Below are positions 1 to 8,490 of a stretch of DNA of 15,015 bases, in pieces; within the stretch, counting starts at the first letter, position 1; every line of letters starts with the position of its first letter. Below the pieces are notes generated by a model. The model made no database searches. It worked only from the letters and a program-made list of their open reading frames with translations, and was not told the origin of the DNA. The stretch is from NCBI RefSeq assembly GCF_006345805.1, contig NW_021825604.1, forward strand, positions 1-15,015, in the 5' to 3' direction. This DNA is from Octopus sinensis (taxonomy: Eukaryota). Position numbers and translations under genes: made by a program.

Positions 1-29
1 ATGCATACACACATGCATACACACATACA

Positions 30-60
<31 letters not shown>
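1..60. repeat. (TACA)n / (CA)-type microsatellite
   Basis: Direct tandem TACA units. Confidence 0.95.
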
Positions 61-409
61 GCGTGCTTGTGTAGACAGGATGTACCGATCTGTTCTTGCT
101 GAATCATGCCACATTTCATACATTAATAAACCGGGAAACATGGTTCTCTTGTCCTGTGTGGAAAAGATGTTTCCTAATAATTCCGGAATGCTGGTTTTAA
201 AAATGAAATTCATTTTGCTCTATAACGTTCAGATGTTTCACAAACCCAAATGTCCATTTTTCAAAATTTCTTCTATTGTCACCATTTCTTTTGTTATCAA
301 ATTCAGACCCACGTATGACAAAACTTTGAAAAACATTGTTTTTCAACGCCATTTAATGTAAATAAAAAATTGCGATTTAATTATCTCCAGTATAATTAAA
401 TACAGGTCC

Positions 410-710
410 AGATACTGCAACAGCTTGGGTTTCAGAGGACCACAGCTCTTTAACATCCTCCCTAAATGCCTGAGAGACTTACATGGTGTTTATGTGGGTT
501 TTTTAAAAACTAAACAGGATCTCTTCTTGTCGGGAGTCCCAGATGAACCTACCTCACGACAGGAGACGCAGATGCGGGCAGCAGCATCGAACCCCCTTGT
601 TGATCAAGTGCCACGTATCAGAGGTGGATTCACATATTAGTGTAGCTCATTCAGCGGTGGTGCCTCAGCATGGCCGCGGCCTTCGGGCTAAAACATTTTA
701 AGGATTTTAA
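410..710 (+). mobile_element. 3' end of a CR1/L2-group (CR1-Zenon-like) LINE: ORF2 C-terminus plus 3' UTR
   Basis: Frame 413-640 reads YCNSLGFRGPQLFNILPKCLRDLHGV..FLKTKQDLFLSGVPDEP..RAAASNPLVDQ, matching the GP(R/Q)LFN.LP / FK..LD.FL..VPD.P / AA.SN C-terminal pattern of CR1-group ORF2. A short 3' UTR ends in a repeated AGGATTTTA-like tail. Confidence 0.65.
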
Positions 711-901
711 GTAATTAAAACGCATCAAACTTGAGCAACTTCGGTTATTTTCAATCTAACCAGTTTTAAATATAATGATGACGACAAAAATGCCCTTTAT
801 ACCCTTAGATATTAAAAACACAACACTCGTCTGAGGTCCTTAACCTCATACCTGTCTCATATTTGTGGAAATGTGTCTGTAGATATGTCCACGCTGTGCT
901 T

Positions 902-1307
902 TATTTACTCTTTACTCTTTTTTACTCTTTTACTTGTTTCAGTCATTTGACTGCGGCCATGCTGGAGCACCGCCTTTAGTCGGGCAAATCGACCCCGGGA
1001 CTTATTCTTTGTAAGCCGAGTACTTATTCTATCGGTCTCTTTTGCCGAACCGCTAAGTGAAGGGGACGTAAACACACCAGCATCGATTGTCAAGCAATGC
1101 TAGGGGGGGACACAAACACACACACACATACATATATGTATATATATATACGACAGGCTTCTTTCAGTTTCCGTTTACCAAATCCACTCACAAGCATTGG
1201 TCGGCCCGGGGCTATAGCAGAAGACACTTGCCCAAGATGCCACGCAGTGGGACTGAACCCGGAACCATGTGGTTGGTTAGCAAGCTACTTACCACACAGC
1301 CACTCTT
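902..1307 (-). mobile_element. Full-length tRNA-derived CORE-type SINE (Octopus-like family), copy 1
   Basis: Minus strand: A-box TGGCTGTGTGG (1292-1302), B-box GGTTCAGTCCC (1249-1259), CORE-like CTTGGGCAAGTGTCTT, internal (CA)/(TA) tract, LINE-like 3' tail and (AAGAGTA)n end. A second copy lies at 12305-13035. Confidence 0.85.
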
Positions 1308-1586
1308 AATATAAGTATCATCGCAAACCAAGCGAGATATGATTTGTTGAACCTTCAACTGGTATTTGAACGCACGCTCAATGTTTTAATTGTGTGGTCA
1401 CATGGGTCAAGGTTACTTTTTCTCAAGAATGGTCAAAGAACTGTAAAAAGAACCATGGTATGTTGGTGCGTTCTGTTACTATACCATCACAAATCTACAT
1501 TTGGTTGCTTTATAACTGTTGACAATTCAGAAAATCCTTTTCCCAGGTGACAACTGACTTCAATATATGTTTTATATTTCCGAAAT

Positions 1587-1755
1587 ATGACCAGTTTCAA
1601 GCGAATAAAATACAAAACTGTCCTGATGCCTTCTGCTCTATTTGTGGATATTATACTTTACCTAGACACGAAATAAGATCAGAGATCTTGTGATGAAATT
1701 AGGTGATCAAGACAAGGCCTAGGCACTGTATATAGTCCGTAAAACATGTTATCTA
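1587..1755 (+). pseudogene. Decayed N-terminus of a Chapaev-like (CMC) DNA transposase
   Basis: MTSFKRIK-[frameshift]-NCPDAFCSICGYYTLPRH (1587-1669), then MKLGDQDKA*ALYIVRKTC (1693-1749). These match the recalled motifs PD.FCYICG.YT and LGDQDK.WAPH.VC..C. The family name comes from memory, not a search. Confidence 0.65.
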
Positions 1756-2268
1756 GTGCTGGAGCTGGAGAATTGCAAGTTTCTGTGAGACTTACCTATT
1801 CAAACAAACAAAATGCTAGAAAATAATAGAGAACACAGGACAATAATAGACAAGGAAAAGCGCAGTTGCCTACTAATTGATCCATGATGTCCGTTTGATC
1901 CAAGGATCGAAAGAGAAGACGAAAAATTATAATCCCTTAAAATTTGAAATTGTCAGAATTTGGAATATAAAAATTGTAGAAGTTGTGTCTATAGTAAATG
2001 GTGCATTGGGAACTGTAAGAAAAGATGTAGACAAATGGTTGGCGGAGATTGGAATAGGATGTCCCGTAGAGCTTCTAGAAAAGTTTAACTTTTAAGGACA
2101 GGGAAGATTATCAGGAGGGTTTTAAGTACTTGAAGGACTTGAAATGTTGTGGACATCTAAGGGTACTGGTGGTAACACGCTACCCACAGAAATTCTACCA
2201 GGAATAAGAACGAACCTGAGACAAATCAATGATAATAACAACAACAATAATAATAATAATAATAATAA
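1756..2268 (+). mobile_element. 3' fragment of an R4/Dong-clade LINE (RLE endonuclease remnant, 3' UTR, (AAT)n tail)
   Basis: VLELENCKFL*DLPIQTNKMLENN..IIDKEKRSCLLIDP*CPFDPRI, then NYNPLKFEIVRIW..VEVVSIVNGALGTV..DKWLAEIGI.CPVELL, then TGKIIRRVLST* (stop 2131-2133). This is typical of the R4/Dong C-terminus. Ends in (AAC/AAT)n. Confidence 0.8.
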
Positions 2269-2324
2269 TTTCTAAATGCATATTTTACCTGTGAATTTGC
2301 GTGCGTAATCTGGGAATGCATACA

Positions 2325-2410
2325 ATGAGCTTCCCTGCCCTAGGTGTACAGAAAACACTCGGCGAGAAACGGAAGAAAATTTGAAGAAAGAAGGAAAAAA
2401 TAGTAATAAT
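2325..2410 (+). repeat. Short 3'-UTR fragment of the Dong-like family seen at 3064-3321
   Basis: ATGAGCTTCCCTGCCCTAGG..ACACTCGGCGAGAAACGGAAGAAAATTTGAA aligns with 3240-3321. Both copies are followed by (AAT)n. Confidence 0.7.
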
Positions 2411-2460
2411 AATAACAATAATAATAATAAGAAGAAGAAGAAGAAGAAGAATCGTAATAA

Positions 2461-3017
2461 ATGCCCTGATGCAGTACCAGGCAGTGGTTTTCATGGCTTC
2501 TGATCTGAACTGATTGGAAGTGTTATCATGTACATTGTTTTGTCTTGGTATAAAAGATGGGCTACAGCAAATATTCTGCTCAATACCACAGATTTGCTTG
2601 TCAGTTGTTTGACCTTAACCAGTTGAGTATGTCCCTTTAGTGGCTGACGATATGTGCATCTCTGATCACAAGCAGAAGTAGTGGAGGACCATCATAGCCG
2701 TGTGTTGAGAGGGACTCTTTGGGGTTTGAATAATTCACCTTTGGAAACATGGGTGGTTCGATCAACATCCTTAAACAATACTTATTCAGGGACCTTTTGA
2801 GCGGGATGGGTTACTCGACCAGAAGAAAATTCTAACTGGGCCCCACCTGCAAGGTCATGCACTGTTTATCTTGATATGAGATCACTATGCTGCGCACATA
2901 TGGTTGTGATGCATGCGCCTGGTGTATCCTTATCAGACGGGTGGTCATGATGTGTATACAGGGCTTCGTATATTATTCCCGAGTGTCACTTTGATGGCAT
3001 GCACTTCTCTCTCACTC
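2461..3017. repeat. ~560-bp non-coding interspersed repeat embedded in (AAT)n, class unknown
   Basis: Complex sequence bounded on both sides by AAT/AAG microsatellite. No TIR, tRNA head or credible ORF. Resembles a common Octopus repeat by recall only. Confidence 0.5.
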
Positions 3018-3059
<42 letters not shown>

Positions 3060-3063
3060 GATG

Positions 3064-3321
3064 ATCCCTGGTTTATCATCCCTGCAAGAAGTGCAAAAGA
3101 TTGTCTTAACTGGTACATCACACGTATTGAGAAGAGCAAAGTCGATGTGAGAACTATTACTACCCGTGTATGTTAATTTAACTTTTAAAAAAAATGAATG
3201 AACTAGTGAGTTTATTTTAATGGCCTACCAATGTATACTATGAGTTTCTTTGCCCTAGGAGTCGGGGAGACACTCGGCAAGAAATGGAAGCAAATTTGAA
3301 AAAAGAGGAAAAAAATAATAA
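3064..3321 (+). mobile_element. Extreme 3' end of a second R4/Dong-like LINE family
   Basis: IPGLSSLQEVQKIVLTGTSHVLRRAKSM* (3064-3150) fits the LQK..L.GT..ILRR C-terminus. A 3' UTR follows and ends at (AAT)n. Confidence 0.7.
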
Positions 3322-4544
3322 TGTTACGGTTTAGCTGGTGCATTTCCCGGTGACCCACATTGGAATTATTGTTCCGGCATGTCTAGTAGAAAAGTGACAG
3401 TCTTTTGTTTAATGGAGGACTAATGGGTTTTGGAATGACCTGTGACCTTGTGCGGGTGAATTAGGGGTCGCTCTGGGCACCCCTTGAAGAAGTGAAGAGG
3501 AGGACAGATTAAGGGAATCTAAGAGCAGATGGAGAGGGTATTGACAGTAGGAGAGAAGGACAGGCAGAGAGTTTGGTAGAGCTGTAATGAGAGAGATAGA
3601 GTATAAGACTAAGGGACAGATAGAGAGGCTAAGGGACAGTAGGCGATATAGATAGAGTAAGGAATCAGATAGCAAATAGAAAGACTATAGGTGGTAGAAC
3701 AGAGGGAGATGAGGGAGTAGAAGGACAGAGACGAAGTGAGGTCTGGCAGTTGGTAGTTGGTCGTCAAGAAGGGCAGTCGTTGAGCGGTCGTCGAGGAACA
3801 CAGACGGACTCTGGAGGTCAGAGCGAGTGGATGGAACCTTGGATTTAAGGAGCAAGCGTTGGAATTCCTGGGAGCGAGCTGGGATGCGAGGAGGCCTAGG
3901 AGCAAGCGATTGGAATATGCACAGAGGGGAATTAGCAGAGTATTCAGAGGATTTAGCAGTATTAAGAGATGAGTGCAGAATGGACACTGGCGATTCAGTT
4001 AGAATTGAGGTATGTGTTGATGTGACTTAATCTGTTGTGTTTAAAAAGAAGACTCTGTCGATGTAGTCGATAAAGAACATTGTGAATTGAGTAAAGGACT
4101 TGTTGAATTGTAACGTGAATTGTTGTGATACGAACATTGTATAATGTATCGAAGTGTTCTGATTGGACTGTGACGTATCGTGAACATTATTTGATCTGGA
4201 CTTGTTGTGTCGTTACTGAACACTGTTTATTGTTTACATGCATGTTGTTAATGCTTTGATCTGTGGTATCCGTATGATGTATTGATTTGTTGTTTGCCTT
4301 AAATGTATTTGATGTGTAGCAATTGTGATTGTCGTATAAACTGTTGTTTGAATATATAAGCCGGTGTGCCAGTTGTTGCCCTCTTTGGGTTGTGTCTCGG
4401 GTTGTGCCTCTGTATCTCTGTGCTGTTGAGTTGTGGCAGTATCTATCTGTATCTCCTCTCTCCGCCTCTTTGGGTTCCGTGGCGGAAGCTGTGTGAGCCG
4501 TTCGGGACGAGCGACGACGGGCGATTCCAGTCCGTTTCGTAACA
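3322..4544 (+). repeat. 5' LTR (1223 bp)
   Basis: Direct repeat of 6538-7767; TG...CA ends with a 7-bp terminal inverted repeat. Confidence 0.97.
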
Positions 4545-4546
4545 AC

Positions 4547-4564
4547 TGGTGTCAGAAGTGGGAT
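4547..4564 (+). promoter_or_regulatory. Primer binding site complementary to the tRNA-Leu(CAA) 3' end
   Basis: TGGTGTCAGAAGTGGGAT starts 2 nt after the LTR. Its reverse complement ATCCCACTTCTGACACCA matches the known metazoan tRNA-Leu-CAA 3' end plus CCA. Confidence 0.88.
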
Positions 4565-4602
4565 TGTCCTGATTGCTGCGTTTCGATCGGTTATTTTTCG
4601 CT

Positions 4603-4884
4603 ATGGATTTGTCTGGTTGTCAGACCGGAGACGAGGAGATTTCGCTTGCTCTGATTGTGGAGATGTTAAGGGGCCAGATGGCTCAGACGGACGCGTTCGT
4701 GGAGAGAATGGACATGAGGCGACAGGGCCTGTGGGCAGATCAGCGGGAGCTTGAGGTTGCGGATGGGTCAGCTTTGAAGGATCGGTGTTGGACCGGGATA
4801 GCGACGGTCCTGTGGGCAGAGATTGCCCGTCGAACGAAGCATCGAGGGAAACAGATAGTGAGGAAGTGTTGCCGAAATCTGTGA
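4603..4884 (+). pseudogene. Truncated gag remnant (helical N-terminus plus frameshifted CCHC knuckle)
   Basis: ATG at 4603 just after the PBS. At 4786-4826, CWT-[gg]-DSDGPVGRDC has CX2CX4HX4C spacing if one base is restored and CCT is read as CAT. Confidence 0.55.
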
Positions 4885-4959
4885 TGCTGGACCGGCTGTG
4901 TTTGCGGAACCTGGCTGGTTGCCGAAATTTGTGACGCTGTACCCAAGAAATCTTGTGAT

Positions 4960-6219
4960 TTGGAACCCGTAGAGGTTGAAGTAACCAAAAGGCCTGTGGA
5001 AGGTGTTATGGCTGATGCTGTTCCGTGTCTGGAGCCCTTGGCATCTCGACCCCTGTCTCTCGGAGCTCAGGACGAAGAGCTGGCGAGGTCTGGGGCGAGT
5101 GTCGCTGAATCCGAGGTTCCGGCTCTGTGTGTGATGGTCGCGGCAGGTGTTGTGCCGTGTGCGAGTCCTTTGGTGTCTGGACCCCTGTCTCTTGGGGCCC
5201 AGAAGGACTGTATTGTTCCCACTGTGGAGAGGCCACAGGCGTGGATGGACTGGCGGCCGAGCGTGCGTGTTGTGAGGCCTGCGGTACGGAGGCTGGTGAG
5301 GAAAAGGACCAAGCCCGTTGACGAGGCAAGACGGCTGCGAACGGTAGTGGGTCCACTGAGACCAGGAAGACTGCTTCAGCGTTGGGTGAGCTTTGTGGTT
5401 GATGGTTGCTTGGGGCCGGTGGAGCCCGACAGGCAGTGCCTAGTGAAAGCTCGATTGAGGGTCGGGTGGACCCTAGTGGAAGCAGAAGCTGGTGGAGCGC
5501 TGGCTGGGTCGGCCGATCTTTTGGAAGTGGCACAGGCGATTTGCAGAAGGCAAATCGAGGAATCGTGCCAGATGGCGAACCAGTGGTGGGGCCAGTTCTG
5601 CCGATACGGCAACGCAATTGAAGGAGTTGGTGGCCCACGGATGCAGTTGAGGAGGCGGTCCGCAAGGAGTCGCTGGTGCTTTGTTGGCACTTGGGGGAGC
5701 GCTGTGTTCGATGGTTGCGTGGGGCTGGTGGAGCCCGACATGCAGTGCGGAATAGGAACTCAATTGAGGGTCGGCTGGACCCTGGTGGAGGCAGAAGCTG
5801 ACAGAGCGCTGGTTGGGTCGGCCGAGTTATTGAAGGCTGCGCAGGCGATTTGCAGAGGGCAAATCGTGGAACTACGCCGGACGGTAAACCAGCGGCGGGG
5901 TCAGTTCTGCCGGTGCAGAGATGAAGTTAAGGGAGTTCGTGGTCCGCTGATGCAGTTGCGGAAGAGGCAACTGTTGGTGAAAAGCGCAGGACGTTGGTCG
6001 CGAGGGTTGTTGGATGCTGGTCGCACGGACCTGGCAGAACGTTTCGTCGACCAAGGCGGGTTGTCGCTTGAGGAGGCAGCGAGGCCGAGGAAGTCTCAGT
6101 ACAGCAGCGCAGAGGAGATATCGGCGACAGGTGACAGTGAAAGGACAGAATGGTCCCTGGTCGTCAGCGATAATTGCGCGGAATGGGGATGGTACAGCAA
6201 GGTGCTACGTGGGCTATAG
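4960..6219 (+). CDS. 419-codon ORF, apparently degenerate Gypsy pol remnants (duplicated RNaseH-integrase linker, integrase C-terminal part); no catalytic domain
   Basis: Open frame from the ORF track (TTG start). 103-aa internal repeat (309-nt period, 5401 vs 5710). QLLV (5968-5979) resembles the QLVVP that precedes the integrase Zn finger. SLEEAARPRKSQY (6064-6102) resembles the post-core L..A..RQK.QYD helix. Expression unknown. Confidence 0.5.
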   Translation: MEPVEVEVTKRPVEGVMADAVPCLEPLASRPLSLGAQDEELARSGASVAESEVPALCVMVAAGVVPCASPLVSGPLSLGAQKDCIVPTVERPQAWMDWRPSVRVVRPAVRRLVRKRTKPVDEARRLRTVVGPLRPGRLLQRWVSFVVDGCLGPVEPDRQCLVKARLRVGWTLVEAEAGGALAGSADLLEVAQAICRRQIEESCQMANQWWGQFCRYGNAIEGVGGPRMQLRRRSARSRWCFVGTWGSAVFDGCVGLVEPDMQCGIGTQLRVGWTLVEAEADRALVGSAELLKAAQAICRGQIVELRRTVNQRRGQFCRCRDEVKGVRGPLMQLRKRQLLVKSAGRWSRGLLDAGRTDLAERFVDQGGLSLEEAARPRKSQYSSAEEISATGDSERTEWSLVVSDNCAEWGWYSKVLRGL

Positions 6220-6526
6220 AGCCCTGAGGAAGGTGGCCACTGAAGGATTGGCCGGACCCTTCCTGTGTAAGGGATTTGAGGAACTTCCTCGGACGGTGCG
6301 CCTATTGTGGGCGGCTAGTAGGAAGCCTGGCGGCGTTGACGGAGGTGTTACCCAAGCCGCAGAGGGAAGGTGCCAACCTGTGGCTGGTGCTGAAGTGGTG
6401 GCCGTGGGAGGTGAGACCCCCGGAGGAGAAACCACCCAAGGGGACCTCCAGTTCCTGGAACGTCTGATGGAGCTCGCCCTCGGAGCTGGGGGTTTGTTAT
6501 GCTTTGTCGGGTCGACAAAAGCTTAG
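6014..6526 (+). pseudogene. Overlapping frame containing an integrase C-terminal GPY/F-like remnant
   Basis: RKVATEGLAGPFLC (GPF at 6254-6262) resembles the KL...WxGPF/Y motif of Gypsy integrases. The frame ends at the PPT. Confidence 0.4.
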
Positions 6527-6537
6527 GTAGGGGGTAG
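6525..6537 (+). promoter_or_regulatory. Polypurine tract
   Basis: AGGTAGGGGGTAG immediately before the 3' LTR. Confidence 0.85.
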
Positions 6538-7767
6538 TGTTACGGTTTAGCTGGTGCATTTCCCGGTGACCCACATTGGAATTATGGTTCCGGCATGTCT
6601 AGTAGAAAAGTGACAGTCTTTTGTTTAATGGAGGACTAATGGGTTTTGGAATGACCTGTGACCTTGTGCGGGTGAATTAGGGGTCGCTCTGGGCACCCCT
6701 TGAAGAAGTGAAGAGGAGGACAGATTAAGGGAATCTAAGAGCAGATGGAGAGGGTATTGACAGTAGGAGAGAAGGACAGGCAGAGAGTTTGGTAGAGCTG
6801 TAATGAGAGAGATAGAGTATAAGACTAAGGGACAGATAGAGAGGCTAAGGGACAGTAGGCGATATAGATAGAGTAGGAATCAGATAGCAAATAGAAAGAC
6901 TATAGGTGGTAGAACAGAGGGAGATGAGGGAGTAGAAGGACAGAGACGAAGTGAGGTCTGGCAGTTGGTAGTTGGTCGTCAAGAAGGGCAAGTCGTTGAG
7001 CGGTCGTCGAGGAACACAGACGGACTCTGGAGGTCAGAGCGAGTGGATGGAACCTTGGATTTAGGAGCAAGCGTTGGAATTCCTGGAGAGCGAGCTGGGA
7101 TGCGAGGAGGCCTAGGAGCAAGCGATTGGAATATGCACAGAGGGGAATTAGCAGAGTATTCAGAGGATTTAGCAGTATTAAGAGATGAGTGCAGAATGGA
7201 CACTGGCGATTCAGTTAGGAATTGAGGTATGTGTTGATGTGACTTAATCTGTGGTGTTTAAAAAGAAGGACTCTGTCGATGTAGTCGATAAAGAACATTG
7301 TGAATTGAGTAAAGGACTTGTTGAATTGTAACGTGAATTGTTGTGATACGAACATTGTATAATGTATCGAAGTGTTCTGATTGGACTGTGACGTATCGTG
7401 AACATTATTTGATCTGGACTTGTTGTGTCGTTACTGAACACTGTTATATTGTTACATGCATGTTGTTAAATGCTTTGATCTGTGGTATACCGTATGATGT
7501 ATTGATTTGTTGTTTGCCTTAAATGTATTTGATGTGTAGCAATTGTGATTGTCGTATAAACTGTTGTTTGAATATATAAGCCGGTGTTGCCAGTTGTTGC
7601 CTCTCTTTGGGTTGTGTCTCGGGTTGTGCCTCTGTATCTCTGTGCTGTTGAGGTTGTGGCAGTATCTATCTGTATCTCCTCTCTCCGCCTCTTTGGGTTC
7701 CGTGGCGGAAGCTGTGTGAGCCGTTCGGGACGAGCGACGACGGGCGATTCCAGTCCGTTTCGTAACA
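6538..7767 (+). repeat. 3' LTR (1230 bp)
   Basis: Direct repeat of the 5' LTR; by-eye alignment gives 2 substitutions and 13 one-base indels. Confidence 0.97.
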
Positions 7768-7804
7768 ATAATAATGATGATGATGATAATAATAATAATA
7801 ATAA

Positions 7805-8020
7805 TCCTTTCTACTATAGGCACAAGGCCGGAAATTTGGAGGATGGAGTATAGACGATTACATCGACCTCACACCCATCCTCAGTTCCAAACTGGTACTT
7901 ATATTTATCGATTCCAAAAGAATGAAAGGCAAAGTTTACCTCTGCGTAATTAGAACTCAGAACGTAAAGAAGGACAAAATGCCGCTAAGCACTTTGTACG
8001 GTTTGCTAACGATTCTGACT
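7805..8020 (-). mobile_element. Diverged tRNA-derived SINE (second family) with (ATT)n tail
   Basis: Minus strand: degenerate B-box GAGTTCTAATTAC, central TTTGCCTTTCATTCTTTT..TCGATAAAT..AAGTACCAG domain (MetaSINE-like by recall), and 3' CCTTGTGCCTATAGTAGAAAGGATTATT running into the AAT tract that flanks the LTR. Confidence 0.7.
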
Positions 8021-8169
8021 TTAACAATGGTGATAATAATTAAAACAAACGAAAAAGCTCGAAAACAAAGTCAAATATAATATCTAAAACAAACAAGGAA
8101 TAAAATAAGTTTTTTAAATGCGTAAAGAATGAATATTTTGTGAAGAAATGTTCTACTTTTGTTTATTAA

Positions 8170-8490
8170 TGTATATACATACATACGTACATACTTGCAT
8201 CTATATGTATGTGTGTGTGTATGTGTGTATGTATGTGTGTATGTATGCATGTATTTATGTTTGTATATATGCATGTATGTGAGTGTATGTATTTATGTAC
8301 GTATGAGTGTATGTAAGTGTGCGTATGTATGCATGTATGTATGTGTGTATGCGTGTATGTATGTATGTGTGTATGTATGTATTTCTCTATGTGTGTGTAT
8401 GTACGGGTGTATGTACGGATGTACGTAAGTTTGTATGTATGCATGTATGTGTATGTATGTGTGTATGTATGCATGTATGTCTGTCTGTAT
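8170..8490. repeat. Compound (TATG)n/(TG)n microsatellite
   Basis: Direct inspection. Confidence 0.95.

Larger units (their letters stand above)
3322..7767 (+). mobile_element. Non-autonomous Ty3/Gypsy-type LTR retrotransposon (4446 bp)
   Basis: Two near-identical LTRs with TGTTACG...CGTAACA ends, PBS, PPT and an ATAA target duplication (3318-3321 / 7768-7771, within an AAT tract). No RT YxDD, protease DSG or integrase DDE motif was found. Confidence 0.95.

Noticed and set aside
59-361. 100-aa ORF, plus ORFs at 1344-1550, 13789-14001, 14247-14435 and 14557-14905
   Set aside because: No recognisable domains; they overlap repeats or AT-rich non-coding DNA.
1249-1307. tRNA gene (also at 12977-13035 and 14466)
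   Set aside because: A/B boxes are present but there is no cloverleaf, and they continue into SINE bodies.
3315-3321. 7-bp TSD (ATAATAA)
   Set aside because: Both flanks are AAT microsatellite, so TSD length is ambiguous; only the 4-bp ATAA reading is reported.
3409-4654. ORFs inside the LTRs (and their copies at 6900-7853)
   Set aside because: Frames differ between the two LTR copies, there are no recognisable motifs, and they reflect strand-biased composition.
4882-4884. In-frame TGA between ORF 4573-4884 and ORF 4960-6219 as programmed readthrough or selenocysteine
   Set aside because: The knuckle and the repeated VAEICDA motif lie in other frames, so compensating frameshifts explain the apparent in-frame link better.
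5006-5763. Long antisense ORFs in the LTR element interior
   Set aside because: Expected shadows of a G/C-rich sense ORF; no independent motifs.
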